A DNA stretch of 64,000 nucleotides from an uncultured Erysipelotrichaceae bacterium (GCA_902803375.1 CADCPN010000028.1:684-64683); one strand, 5' to 3'; shown: positions 18,497 through 27,326, counted from the first letter of the stretch. Notes: a model not told the origin generated them from the sequence alone. Numbers and translations: made by a program.

Positions 18497-18528
18497 CCCT
18501 GAAGATTATGTCTTGCAGGAGGTTTTTT
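18497..18528 (+). terminator. Riboswitch expression platform: terminator/SD-sequestering hairpin plus U-tract
   Basis: ccctgaaga / tcttgcagg form a stem with one bulge, followed by aggTTTTTT. The SD aggagg (18517-18522) is partly inside the 3' arm. The 5' arm ccctgaag is also complementary to the aptamer P1 strand cttcaggg. Confidence 0.6.
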
Positions 18529-18530
18529 AT

Positions 18531-19283
18531 ATGAAAAGCACAGACATTTGGGGCATCGTCGCGATTGCGATCTTCCTCGTTTTGACGGTTATTGGCTTCC
18601 AGCTTTATTTCCGCCTCAATCCGAGAAAAGAGTTCAACCACGTGAAATTCATTACGCGCGTCGGCATCTTCGCGGCCATGTCTACCCTTCTCTACATTGT
18701 GGATATCTTCCACTTTAAGCTCCCGTTCTTCCCGAGCTTCCTCGAATTCCATTTCGATGAGATCCCGGCCTTCATCTGCGGCTTCGCCTATGGCCCGTTA
18801 GCGGCATTTGCAGTCATCGCGATCAAGACCATCATCAAGCTTCCCTTCACCAGCACCCTCTGCGTCGGCGAACTCGGCGACATCATCCTCTCCACGATCT
18901 ATGTCATCCCGGCTTGCTTGATCTACAAGAAGCACCGCAACCTCAAGGGTGTTGCCATCGGTTTCGCCATCTCAACCCTCGTCCAAATCTTCGCTGGCAT
19001 GGTATTAAACGTTTACATGCTCATCCCCTTCTACATGAACGTCATGGGCTATCCGATGGAAGCGCTGCTCGGCATGATGCAGAAGGTCAACCCGAACATC
19101 ACCGACGTAGGCTGGAGCTACGCACTTTGGGCCGTTGCTCCGTTTAATGCCCTCAAAGACGCCATCGTCATCGTTCTCACCTTCTTGATCTACAGAAGCA
19201 TCCACGTCCTCCTCCGCTTCGATAAGCCTTCTAACTCTGAGGCCCTTAATGAAGAGTCCAAAGAGGACAAGGTTCAGCAGTAA
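18531..19283 (+). CDS. ribU: ECF-type riboflavin transporter S component (RibU/FmnP-like)
   Basis: A six-TM protein resembling RibU (NVYMLIPFY, PFNALKD). It lies directly under an FMN riboswitch, with its start at the ATG at 18531 after aggagg. Confidence 0.75.
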   Translation: MKSTDIWGIVAIAIFLVLTVIGFQLYFRLNPRKEFNHVKFITRVGIFAAMSTLLYIVDIFHFKLPFFPSFLEFHFDEIPAFICGFAYGPLAAFAVIAIKTIIKLPFTSTLCVGELGDIILSTIYVIPACLIYKKHRNLKGVAIGFAISTLVQIFAGMVLNVYMLIPFYMNVMGYPMEALLGMMQKVNPNITDVGWSYALWAVAPFNALKDAIVIVLTFLIYRSIHVLLRFDKPSNSEALNEESKEDKVQQ

Positions 19284-19322
19284 GCCAGATAAAACCAAGC
19301 AGCCGCATGCTTGGCTTTATTC

Positions 19323-19345
19323 AAAAAAAGCCCCGTTTCCGGAGC
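19323..19345 (-). terminator. Rho-independent terminator of the ferredoxin gene
   Basis: On the minus strand, gctccg-GAAA-cggggc is followed by ttttttt. Confidence 0.7.
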
Positions 19346-19370
19346 TTCTTTTGTTGATAGAAATCGAAGG

Positions 19371-19553
19371 TTAGTCTTCGCTGATTGCCTGAACCGGGCA
19401 ATTGGCGATGGCGTCATCGACGTCAGCATCATCACCTTCGGCGATGGCGTGGGCTTTGCCGTTATCATCGAATTCGAAGATGTCGCTGTGGGTGCCGACG
19501 CAGAGACCACATCCGATGCAGATGTCGGAATCGACTTTAGCTTTCTTGGCCAT
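19371..19553 (-). CDS. Small 4Fe-4S ferredoxin
   Basis: CIGCGLCV ... CPVQAI cysteine motifs. The start MAKKAKV at 19553 follows GGAGGA. Confidence 0.8.
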   Translation of the reverse strand: MAKKAKVDSDICIGCGLCVGTHSDIFEFDDNGKAHAIAEGDDADVDDAIANCPVQAISED

Positions 19554-19672
19554 TGTGTAAATATCCTCCAAACAATGTGGCTTAATTATAGAAACGGATT
19601 GCAAAAGTAGCAATAACCGCGTTGCTTTCTTAATTCCCTACGGGAAAGATTTCGTCTATACTAGCGGCGCAT

Positions 19673-20011
19673 ATGGAAACACGCACTGAGAGATTTGCAA
19701 AATACCGCGACTTCATCAAGCGCTTGCCTTCCGACGCATTTGAGCCAGACGGAACCTACGCCGAGAAGCTTACCGCCGAGGAGCTTCACCACATGGGCAA
19801 AGTCGGCTATTCGAGCAGTTCCATTACCATTTCTTCGAAGGTCTCGCCGTCGAGGCCTGCCTTGGATATCGCACCGGACGATGGCAAAGCCACCCCCTAC
19901 TCCCTCTACCTCAAGAAGAAGCAGACATGGTGGATTATCAAAGGAATCGTCGCCGCGGTCGTAATCGGACTCTTTGTTATGTTTTATTTCCTGTTCGTGA
20001 AAGGAGCTTAA
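19673..20011 (+). CDS. Hypothetical protein with C-terminal membrane anchor
   Basis: The ORF is co-directional with cmk. It has a single C-terminal TM helix (WWIIKGIVAAVVIGLFVMFYFLFV). I recognised no family. Confidence 0.45.
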   Translation: METRTERFAKYRDFIKRLPSDAFEPDGTYAEKLTAEELHHMGKVGYSSSSITISSKVSPSRPALDIAPDDGKATPYSLYLKKKQTWWIIKGIVAAVVIGLFVMFYFLFVKGA

Positions 20012-20016
20012 TCATT

Positions 20017-20697
20017 ATGGACAAGATTGTCTCTGTTGCCATTGATGGCCCAGCCGCCGCTGGTAAAAGCACCGTCGCCAAGAAGGTTGCTAAGGCCCTA
20101 GGCTTTACCTATATCGATACCGGCGCGATGTATCGCGCCTTTACCTATGCCGTTATCTCCAAGGGATTAGACCCGCAGAGCGAATTGCTTTCCAATTCCC
20201 TCATCGGCCAGGTCAACATCGAACTTCTCGATGATGGCACTGTCCTTTGCAACGGCGAAGATGTCACCCGCCAGATCAGGGAGCCCCTCGTCTCCGGCAA
20301 CGTCAGCTACATCGCTTCCTATAAGGAAATCCGCCTTGCCCTCGTTGAGATGCAGCGCGCGATGGCCCACAGCAAATCCGTCGTCATGGACGGCCGCGAC
20401 ATCGGAACCTATGTTCTCCCCAATGCCGAGGTTAAGATCTACCAGATGGCTTCCGTCGAGACCCGTGCGGTCAGACGTTACGAAGAGAACATCGCCAAAG
20501 GCATCCCGACTTCCCTTGAGGATGTCATGGAAGACGTCAGGAAGAGGGACTATATCGATTCCCACCGCGCCTTCGCCCCGCTTAAGCCGGCTGCGGACAG
20601 CGTCCTCCTCGATACTTCCCACATGTCCGTGGATGAAGCTGTCGAAAACGTTTTGAGAATCGTCAAAGAAAAGACTGGAGTCGAAGGAAAATGCTAG
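20017..20697 (+). CDS. cmk: Cytidylate kinase
   Basis: VAIDGPAAAGKSTVAK P-loop. The ATG at 20017 follows AAAGGAG. Confidence 0.9.
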   Translation: MDKIVSVAIDGPAAAGKSTVAKKVAKALGFTYIDTGAMYRAFTYAVISKGLDPQSELLSNSLIGQVNIELLDDGTVLCNGEDVTRQIREPLVSGNVSYIASYKEIRLALVEMQRAMAHSKSVVMDGRDIGTYVLPNAEVKIYQMASVETRAVRRYEENIAKGIPTSLEDVMEDVRKRDYIDSHRAFAPLKPAADSVLLDTSHMSVDEAVENVLRIVKEKTGVEGKC

Positions 20698-21992
20698 GAC
20701 TCGTTGCTCTCGTCGGCGCCCCGAACGTCGGCAAATCCACCATCTTCAACCGCATGGTCGGCTCCCGCTCCTCCATCGTTGAGGACACTCCGGGCATAAC
20801 CCGCGATAGGCTTTATGGCACCGGAGAATGGCTCACCAGGAAATTCCGCGTCGTCGATACCGGCGGCATTGAAATCAAAAACGCTCCCTTCCAGACCGAA
20901 ATCCGCGCCCAGGCGCAGATGGCTATGGAAGAAGCCGACGTCATCCTCTTCGTTGTCGATGGCCGCCTAGGCGTCACAGGCGATGACCGTGGCGTTGCCA
21001 AAATGCTCTACAAGACCAATAAGCCCGTCATCCTCGTCGTCAACAAGATCGATAACCGCGAGAAGCTCGGCGATGCCGCTGAGTTCTATTCCCTCGGCTT
21101 AGGCGAGCCCTTCCCGGTCTCCGGTGCCCACGGCATCGGCATCGGCGACTTGCTCGACAAGATCATCTCCGTCCTTCCAGAGGGCCAGGACGAAGATTAT
21201 GGCGATGCCATCACCTTCTCCTTCATCGGACGTCCTAACGTCGGCAAATCCTCCCTCACCAACAAGCTTCTTGGCGAAGAGAGAACTATCGTCAAGGACC
21301 TCGCCGGCACCACCCGCGATTCCATTGATACCCCCTTCACCTCAGGCGAAGATAAGTTTGTTGCCATCGATACGGCGGGCCTTGTCAAGAAAGGCCGCAT
21401 CTATGAGGCCATCGATAAGTACGCCGCTTTGCGCGCTCTTCGCGCCATTGACCGCAGCCATGTAGTCGTTTTGGTCCTTGATGCCGAAGCCGGCGTCCTT
21501 GACCAGGATAGGCACGTCGTCGGCTACGCCCTCGACGAAGCCAAAGGCATCGTCGTCGTCGTCAACAAGTGGGACCTCGCCGATAAGGGTGAGCAGCAGG
21601 CTGAATTCGCGCAGAAGATCCGGGAGAGATTCAAGTTCTTGGCCTATGCGAAAATCATCTTCGTCTCCGCTAAGACCGGACGCGGCATCGAAGGCATCCT
21701 CCCTGCCATCAAGCAGGCCTATGAATCCGCCAACCGCCGAGTTCCGACCTCCATCCTCAATGAGATCATCCAGGATGCCCAGAACATGAACCCCGCTCCG
21801 GAGTTCAATCACGGTCGCATCAAGATCAAGTACGCCAACCAGGTCGCCATCAATCCGCCGACCTTCGTACTGTTCTGCAACGACCCGCATTTCGCCCATT
21901 TTTCCTATACCCGCTATTTGGAGAATCGGCTCCGCGATACTTTTGACTTCACTGGTACCCCATTGAAGATCATCTATCGCATGAGCAAGTAG
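20691..21992 (+). CDS. der: Ribosome-associated GTPase Der (EngA), tandem GTPase domains
   Basis: Two G1 motifs (GAPNVGKST and GRPNVGKSS) and a KH-like C-terminus. The cmk-der order matches that in Bacillus. Confidence 0.92.
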   Translation: MLGLVALVGAPNVGKSTIFNRMVGSRSSIVEDTPGITRDRLYGTGEWLTRKFRVVDTGGIEIKNAPFQTEIRAQAQMAMEEADVILFVVDGRLGVTGDDRGVAKMLYKTNKPVILVVNKIDNREKLGDAAEFYSLGLGEPFPVSGAHGIGIGDLLDKIISVLPEGQDEDYGDAITFSFIGRPNVGKSSLTNKLLGEERTIVKDLAGTTRDSIDTPFTSGEDKFVAIDTAGLVKKGRIYEAIDKYAALRALRAIDRSHVVVLVLDAEAGVLDQDRHVVGYALDEAKGIVVVVNKWDLADKGEQQAEFAQKIRERFKFLAYAKIIFVSAKTGRGIEGILPAIKQAYESANRRVPTSILNEIIQDAQNMNPAPEFNHGRIKIKYANQVAINPPTFVLFCNDPHFAHFSYTRYLENRLRDTFDFTGTPLKIIYRMSK

Positions 21993-22013
21993 CCATATAG
22001 ACAAAAAACCTCA

Positions 22014-22047
22014 AAAACGAGCGTCGGAAGATTGCTCGTTTTTCTCA
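22014..22047 (+). terminator. Rho-independent terminator after der
   Basis: aacgagc / gctcgtt stem followed by tttctcatttt. Confidence 0.65.
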
Positions 22048-22217
22048 TTTTCTTTCACACTTAACAAAAAACGGATAAATCATCCGATTATGCCTTTTCT
22101 TTAGAAAAAATGATACCGCTTACATCAAAAATTAGAAAATTGTTAAAAAACATTGCAATAACAAAGATGCGGTGCTAACTTTTTATTAAGTAGACAGCAT
22201 AAGGAGGAATATTCCAA

Positions 22218-22490
22218 ATGAATAAAGCTGAACTAATCGGCGCGGCCGCCGCTAAGGCCGAAGTCTCCCGTCGTGATGCCGAGGCCGTTGTTGAAGCGAC
22301 CCTCGAGCTCATCGAAGAAGCCATCATCAAAGGCGAAGAAGTCAAGATCTCTGGCTTTGGCATCTTTGAGAAGAAAGAGCGTGCTGCCCGTGTTGGCACC
22401 AACCCGTCCAACGGCGAAAAGATCGAAATCGCCGCTTCTAACAGCGTCTCTTTCAAGCCTTCCAAGGGCCTCAAAGAGAAGCTTAACTAA
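22218..22490 (+). CDS. hup: DNA-binding protein HU
   Basis: MNKAELI...GFGIFEKKERAARVGTNPSNGEKIEIAASNSVSFKPSKGLKE is a canonical HU sequence. A strong SD (aaggagga) precedes it. Confidence 0.93.
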   Translation: MNKAELIGAAAAKAEVSRRDAEAVVEATLELIEEAIIKGEEVKISGFGIFEKKERAARVGTNPSNGEKIEIAASNSVSFKPSKGLKEKLN

Positions 22491-22513
22491 GTTTAGGCTA
22501 CAAACCAGACTAA

Positions 22514-22545
22514 AAGACCCCGGAGTGATTCGGGGTTTTCTTTCT
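22514..22545 (+). terminator. Rho-independent terminator after hup
   Basis: accccg / cggggt stem followed by tttctttctctt. Confidence 0.65.
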
Positions 22546-22564
22546 CTTGTGCTATTATTTCCTC

Positions 22565-23167
22565 ATGCTACCCAAGGAGTTCCGCGAATACGCAAAACTG
22601 TTCTCCTGCCACGGCTTTCACCTCTATATGATCGGAGGGACGAGCCGTGATTTTCTCCTTGGCCTCCCGGTCGCGGATTATGACTTCGCGACGGACGCTA
22701 CGCCTACGCAAGAAAAGGAATTCCTGCCCGATGCTGATTACTCCTTTGAGCGATTTGGCTCCATCAAGGTGTGGAAAGAAGGCGTGGAGGTGGATATCAC
22801 CACCCTCCGCTTAGAAGGGGAATATAAGGACTTCCGCCATCCAAGCTTCATCAAGCTCATCAAAGATCCCAAACTCGACAGCGTTAGGCGAGACTTTACC
22901 ATCAACGCGATTTATATTGATGAGGAAGAGCATGTGCTCGATTTCCACAACGGATTAACCGACTTGGCGGAGAAGAAGATCCGCTTCATCGGCGATCCCG
23001 CAACCAGAATCAAGGAAGATCCCCTAAGGATCCTCCGCGCCCAGCGCTTCGCCAAACGCCTCGGCTTCGAAATCGAGGAAAACTCAGCAAAGGCAATCGA
23101 AGAGAATTTGCATTTGCTCGATAAGCTAAACCCCGCAAAGGTAGAAATGGAAAAGAAGAAAGAATGA
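22565..23167 (+). CDS. Minimal (about 200 aa) class II nucleotidyltransferase, CCA-adding enzyme / poly(A) polymerase head domain only
   Basis: Motifs GGTSRDFLLG, DYDFAT, RRDFTINA and EDPLRILRAQRFAKRLGF are present. The protein ends about 40 aa after the last motif. The stop overlaps the dnaD start (ATGA). Confidence 0.7.
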   Translation: MLPKEFREYAKLFSCHGFHLYMIGGTSRDFLLGLPVADYDFATDATPTQEKEFLPDADYSFERFGSIKVWKEGVEVDITTLRLEGEYKDFRHPSFIKLIKDPKLDSVRRDFTINAIYIDEEEHVLDFHNGLTDLAEKKIRFIGDPATRIKEDPLRILRAQRFAKRLGFEIEENSAKAIEENLHLLDKLNPAKVEMEKKKE

Positions 23168-23835
23168 GTACGATGATCGCCACCCAGGCTCCAAGAGAAG
23201 CCATCGACTTCCAATATATCCTGCTAGAGAACTACAAAAAGCTAGGCATCTCTGAGAAGCAGCTTTCCGTCATCTTGATGATCGAGCACCTCACCCGTCA
23301 GGGCAATTCCCTCGTCACGGCTGACCTTCTTTCGTTGAAGATGAACTTCAAGGTCAGCGAGCTTGATGCCACCCTCGTCGAGCTCGTCAAACGTGATTTC
23401 CTCGCCTATGAGATGGTAGGCAGTGACCTCGTCACCTCGCTAGAGCCCCTTCGCGATAAGCTTTACCGCCTCTTCCAGCTTGATGTCGCCAGAGAAAAGC
23501 AGAATCTCCAAAACGCGGAGCGTTCCAGCTTGCTAAGTGGCCTATATAGCTATTTCGAGAAAAGGCTTAACCGCACCCTCTCCCCCATCGAGCAGGATAC
23601 CCTTTCCACTTGGCTGGATGACGCCTATAGCGAGACTGACATCAAATCGGCGCTAGAAGAAGCAATCGCATCCGGCAAGCGCACCTTTAAGTCCATCGAT
23701 AGATTGCTTCGCACCTCCCGCAAGCGCGATGATATCGGCAAAGAGGGCTACACCACGGTCAACGATAACTGGGACAAGGATATCGAGAAGACCATTGAGA
23801 TTGCCAAGACGAAATGGGTGAACGATGATAAATAG
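23164..23835 (+). CDS. dnaD: Replication initiation / primosomal protein DnaD
   Basis: The N-terminal winged helix (ILLENYKKLGISEKQLSVILMIEHL) aligns with B. subtilis DnaD. A DnaD C-terminal domain is present (LSPIEQDTLSTWLDD...). nth lies downstream, as in Bacillus. Confidence 0.8.
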   Translation: MSTMIATQAPREAIDFQYILLENYKKLGISEKQLSVILMIEHLTRQGNSLVTADLLSLKMNFKVSELDATLVELVKRDFLAYEMVGSDLVTSLEPLRDKLYRLFQLDVAREKQNLQNAERSSLLSGLYSYFEKRLNRTLSPIEQDTLSTWLDDAYSETDIKSALEEAIASGKRTFKSIDRLLRTSRKRDDIGKEGYTTVNDNWDKDIEKTIEIAKTKWVNDDK

Positions 23836-24469
23836 CCTCGCCATTGCAGAAATTCTTAACGCCACCTATCCCGACGCCAAATGCGCCCTGAATTTCTCTT
23901 CCCCCTTTGAATGCCTGGTCGCCGTCGCCTTAAGCGCGCAGACCACCGATGCCTCCGTGAATAAGGTCACCCCAAGGTTATTTAAGGATTACCCGACCCC
24001 CTTTGAGATGGCCAATGCGCCTATCGGAGACATCGAGGACCACATCCGCACCCTTGGCCTATATAAGAACAAAGCCAAAAGCCTTTCTGGCATGGCCAAA
24101 GCCCTTGTGGAAAGGTATGGCGGCATAGTTCCAGCGGATAAGAATGAGCTGGTAAAGCTTCCTGGCGTAGGCATGAAGACCGCCAACTGCGTATGTGCGG
24201 AATGCTTTAACATCCCCGCCATCGCCGTCGATACCCACGTCGGCAGGGTTGCCGTAAGGCTAGGACTAGCAAAAGAAGGGGACGAACCCCTCCTAATTGA
24301 GAAAAAGATTGAGAAACGGTATCCGAATTCTATGTGGATTAAACTTCATCATCAGATCATCGACCATGGTCGTCAAATCTGCCATGCCCGCGGTCCTGAA
24401 TGCGGACGTTGCCCCTTGCAGGGCGAATGCCGTTACTTCAAGAAAGCCTCAACCAAGACGGGAAGATAA
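23825..24469 (+). CDS. nth: Endonuclease III
   Basis: HhH-GPD motif (LVKLPGVGMKTANCV) and a C-terminal 4Fe-4S cluster, CHARGPECGRCPLQGEC. Confidence 0.92.
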   Translation: MINSLAIAEILNATYPDAKCALNFSSPFECLVAVALSAQTTDASVNKVTPRLFKDYPTPFEMANAPIGDIEDHIRTLGLYKNKAKSLSGMAKALVERYGGIVPADKNELVKLPGVGMKTANCVCAECFNIPAIAVDTHVGRVAVRLGLAKEGDEPLLIEKKIEKRYPNSMWIKLHHQIIDHGRQICHARGPECGRCPLQGECRYFKKASTKTGR

Positions 24470-25050
24470 TCGAATCTGGGGAAATAGCCTTCTTTGACTA
24501 AGAAGGCTTTTTCTTTCATCGCGCTGTAGGGGATGGAGGCTCGAGGACGAGACTCATAGAACTCAATGACATCGCTGGCTTTGACTAGATACGTCTCATT
24601 GAGCAAAGCCCAGTTGATGAGGAAAAAGGCGATGCCATTCTGGGAGATGACCCCTTTTAGATGGGCGATCTGCTGCGGTGGGATGTTAGCCAAAGGGAAA
24701 GAGGTTTTGTTTCTGGTGCTTTTGGCTTCGAAATCAATGTAATGCCCTTGGTAAACGCCGTTATAGTCGGTGGTGGATTGCGACTCAAAGTAGGCCTGAA
24801 TGATCTTCGGGCCATGGGTGTAGTCGACTTTGACGACATTGATGGGGGTGGGGCGCTTGGTGATAAGGCAAAGGCCCTTCTTGCGGTAATAATCGTTGCT
24901 GGCGTTGATCTCGGCTTCGAAATCCATGCCGCGGTTGCCTGCGGCGACTTTTAAAGTGCGCTTCTTCTTGCTCGCGCTTTTCTTAACGCGAGAAGCGACG
25001 GGAGAGGAAGCAACATTATTTCTAGGTCTGATTCCACCGGGGTAATTCAT
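24433..25050 (-). CDS. recU: Holliday junction resolvase RecU
   Basis: GNRGMDFEAEINASNDYY and TDYNGVYQGHYIDFEAKST match the RecU catalytic core. Confidence 0.88.
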   Translation of the reverse strand: MNYPGGIRPRNNVASSPVASRVKKSASKKKRTLKVAAGNRGMDFEAEINASNDYYRKKGLCLITKRPTPINVVKVDYTHGPKIIQAYFESQSTTDYNGVYQGHYIDFEAKSTRNKTSFPLANIPPQQIAHLKGVISQNGIAFFLINWALLNETYLVKASDVIEFYESRPRASIPYSAMKEKAFLVKEGYFPRFDYLPVLVEAFLK

Positions 25051-25053
25051 GTC

Positions 25054-25779
25054 TTACTGCAGGCTTTCTTTAAGCATGTTCTGAAAATCGTCTGGGGAGA
25101 CGGACTCGCCTTTGTTTAACTTGGCGATGAGAGCACGGATCGGCTCTGGGACCTTCGGGGAATGGGCAAGGGTCTCGGCGTAGCGGGAGACGACCATGTC
25201 TTTCTTCTTGAGGAAGGCGCTATAAAGTTGGATGAGGTTATAGGCATCCGCGGTCGCGTCGTGGGCCTTGCCCGATAGCTTGACGTCGAATGCTTTGCAG
25301 GCGTTGGTTAAGGATAAAGGTTGTCCGGATTCGCTGGTGATGTAGTTCTTGAGGAACTCCTCATAGTCGAACGTGCGATGGCTCACGAATCTGGCGAGCT
25401 GGTAATCGCAGTCCATGGAGTTCTCGGCACTGGCCATGAAGATGCGGGCGTCTTGGCTGCCATAGGAGACGAAAAGGCATTTTTTAAAGTCACGTCCCAC
25501 GTATTTCTGCAAAGCCTTCTGGACCTCACGGAAGGAAATGCCCTTCTCGGCGAGAAGCTTATCGGTGATGCCGGTGAGCTGAGAAACGACTTCGCCGACC
25601 CTGCCCTTTGGGCGGACAAAGGCGGAATAGGGCTTGAAAACCTTTTTGATGGTGTAGTCGTCTTTGAGCGTTACTTTAAAGGCTCCGATGGCAGTCATCT
25701 CATGGGAGAACTGCGTAGCCTCAAGGTCTAGGAAGACTAGGACCTTGCGGTCTTTGATGATTTTCTCTAATGATTTCAC
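25054..25779 (-). CDS. DEDD-type 3'-5' exonuclease domain protein
   Basis: The Exo I motif VLVFLDLEAT is present, and the length and pattern fit a DnaQ-like exonuclease. It lies 3 nt upstream of recU in the same operon. Confidence 0.65.
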   Translation of the reverse strand: MKSLEKIIKDRKVLVFLDLEATQFSHEMTAIGAFKVTLKDDYTIKKVFKPYSAFVRPKGRVGEVVSQLTGITDKLLAEKGISFREVQKALQKYVGRDFKKCLFVSYGSQDARIFMASAENSMDCDYQLARFVSHRTFDYEEFLKNYITSESGQPLSLTNACKAFDVKLSGKAHDATADAYNLIQLYSAFLKKKDMVVSRYAETLAHSPKVPEPIRALIAKLNKGESVSPDDFQNMLKESLQ

Positions 25780-25914
25780 GGGGCAATTCTACCACGTAAG
25801 GGCTCCTTTCTTTGCCCTTTGTTTTCAAAGTTATGAAAGAAGTTGCAAACATCGGGTTGGCTTTCGTTGAAGTGGCGCTCTCGTTTGTATAAAATACAAA
25901 GCAGGAGTTTTCCT

Positions 25915-26280
25915 ATGGACGATAAGACGATTAGCCTAAACGCGAAGCAAATCTTGGCCAAGACCTTTACCCCACATGGCAATGGCTATGACCCGGTGGA
26001 AGTCGACGCGTTCCTCGATCAGATCATCCATGACTATCAGGCGTTCGAGAGGTATTACCAAGAGTCGCATGGCTACACGGTGGACCTCGAGACCCAGCTC
26101 CGACAGGCGAAGGAGAAGATTAATTCTCTTGAAGTTGAAAACGCTGGCTATAAGTCCCGCTTAAAGGGCGTGAAGGATACCGATCAGGTAACCTCCACCA
26201 ACATCGACCTTCTCACGAGAATGAGAAAGCTCGAGACGGAGCTTTATCGCCACGGGATCGACCCCAACACGATTAAGTAA
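25915..26280 (+). CDS. gpsB: DivIVA-domain cell-cycle protein GpsB-like
   Basis: LNAKQILAKTFTPHGNGYDPVEVDAFLDQIIHDYQAF aligns with the GpsB/DivIVA N-terminal domain and a coiled coil follows. It is adjacent to rnpB, as in B. subtilis. Confidence 0.8.
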   Translation: MDDKTISLNAKQILAKTFTPHGNGYDPVEVDAFLDQIIHDYQAFERYYQESHGYTVDLETQLRQAKEKINSLEVENAGYKSRLKGVKDTDQVTSTNIDLLTRMRKLETELYRHGIDPNTIK

Positions 26281-26296
26281 TCATTCGCAACAATAA

Positions 26297-26628
26297 ATAT
26301 CCGACCCAGACGACTGCTGCCGAAAGGTAGAGGAAAGTCCATGCTCGCACAGCCTGTGATGGCTGTAGTGTTTGCGCCAGGCCAATCAATAAGCCTGGGT
26401 ACGCGGGAGCGCGTAACGGCGGAGGAACGTCTCACGTAGACGGGAATCCCTAAGGTGCCACAGAGACGAGCTTGATGGCGACATCAAGATGAAACGCGGC
26501 AAACCCCACAAGCGAGAAACCCAAATTTGGTAGGGGAAGCGTCCAATCCGAATCGAAGGAAAGGACGCCAGGTCAGCCTGAGATAAATTGTCGTCCTCGA
26601 CATAACATGGCTTATAGGGTCGGATACT
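26297..26628 (+). ncRNA. rnpB: RNase P RNA, type B (compact, about 330 nt)
   Basis: GAGGAAAGTCCATGCTCGCAC; GTGCCACAGAGACGA; AACGCGGCAAACCCCACAAGCGAGAAACCCAAATTTGGTAGGGGAA; ACATAACATGGCTTA. P1 pairs atatccgaccc with gggtcggata. Confidence 0.92.
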
Positions 26629-26660
26629 CATTTGCTTCTAATACCTTGAAAGGCGTAGAT

Positions 26661-27326
26661 ATGAAAATTAACACCCCAACGAAGATCACGATCACCCGCA
26701 TCGTTCTTGTTGTCGCCCTTTTGGTTTACCTTGGCGTCTGCGCGATCTTTAGCTATGCGGGCAACCTCGGCCCGACTTATCTTGGAAATTCCTCGATCAC
26801 CGTCGTTGGCCTAATCTCCGCCATCGCCTTCATTGTGGCCTCCGCCACCGATGCCCTTGATGGCTACCTCGCCAGAAAGAACAACCAGGTCACCGACCTT
26901 GGCAAATTCCTTGACCCGATCGCTGATAAGATGCTCGTCAACTCGATGCTCATCTTCTTCGCTTTCCCCTGGTCCTTCACCGGCGGATACGTCAGGATTC
27001 CGGTCTTCTGCGTCATCTTGATGGTTCTCCGCGACCTCGTCGTCGATACCCTTCGCTTCGTTGCCGCCAGCAAAAATGAAGTCATTGCCGCCAATATCTT
27101 TGGCAAACTCAAGACGATCTTCCAGATGGTCGCTCTTCCCTTCATCATGCTCAACGACTTCCCGTTCTCTTACTTCGATTCTTCTTGGCCGATGTGGGTT
27201 CGCCCGTCTTTGATCCTAGTCTATCTAGCCACCGCGATGTCCCTACTCTCCGGCATCATCTACGTCATCCAGAACGCCCATGTCCTCAAAGATAAAAAAG
27301 ACGAGGTGAAGACCGATGCTGAATGA
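26661..27326 (+). CDS. pgsA: CDP-diacylglycerol--glycerol-3-phosphate 3-phosphatidyltransferase
   Basis: CDP-alcohol phosphotransferase motif DALDGYLARKNNQVTDLGKFLDPIADK. pgsA-cinA-recA synteny. Confidence 0.9.
   Translation: MKINTPTKITITRIVLVVALLVYLGVCAIFSYAGNLGPTYLGNSSITVVGLISAIAFIVASATDALDGYLARKNNQVTDLGKFLDPIADKMLVNSMLIFFAFPWSFTGGYVRIPVFCVILMVLRDLVVDTLRFVAASKNEVIAANIFGKLKTIFQMVALPFIMLNDFPFSYFDSSWPMWVRPSLILVYLATAMSLLSGIIYVIQNAHVLKDKKDEVKTDAE

Noticed and set aside
18636-18655. parS-like string tcaaccacgtgaaatt inside ribU.
   Set aside because: It has five mismatches to TGTTNCACGTGAAACA outside the central CACGTG. This is most likely chance.
18417-18752. A 111-aa minus-strand ORF across the riboswitch and the ribU start, plus the N-terminal extension of track ORF 18444..19283.
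   Set aside because: These overlap the FMN aptamer. ribU has a proper SD and ATG at 18531.
26244-26631. Two minus-strand ORFs (63 and 81 aa) in the gpsB-pgsA gap.
   Set aside because: The region is fully explained by the RNase P RNA gene.
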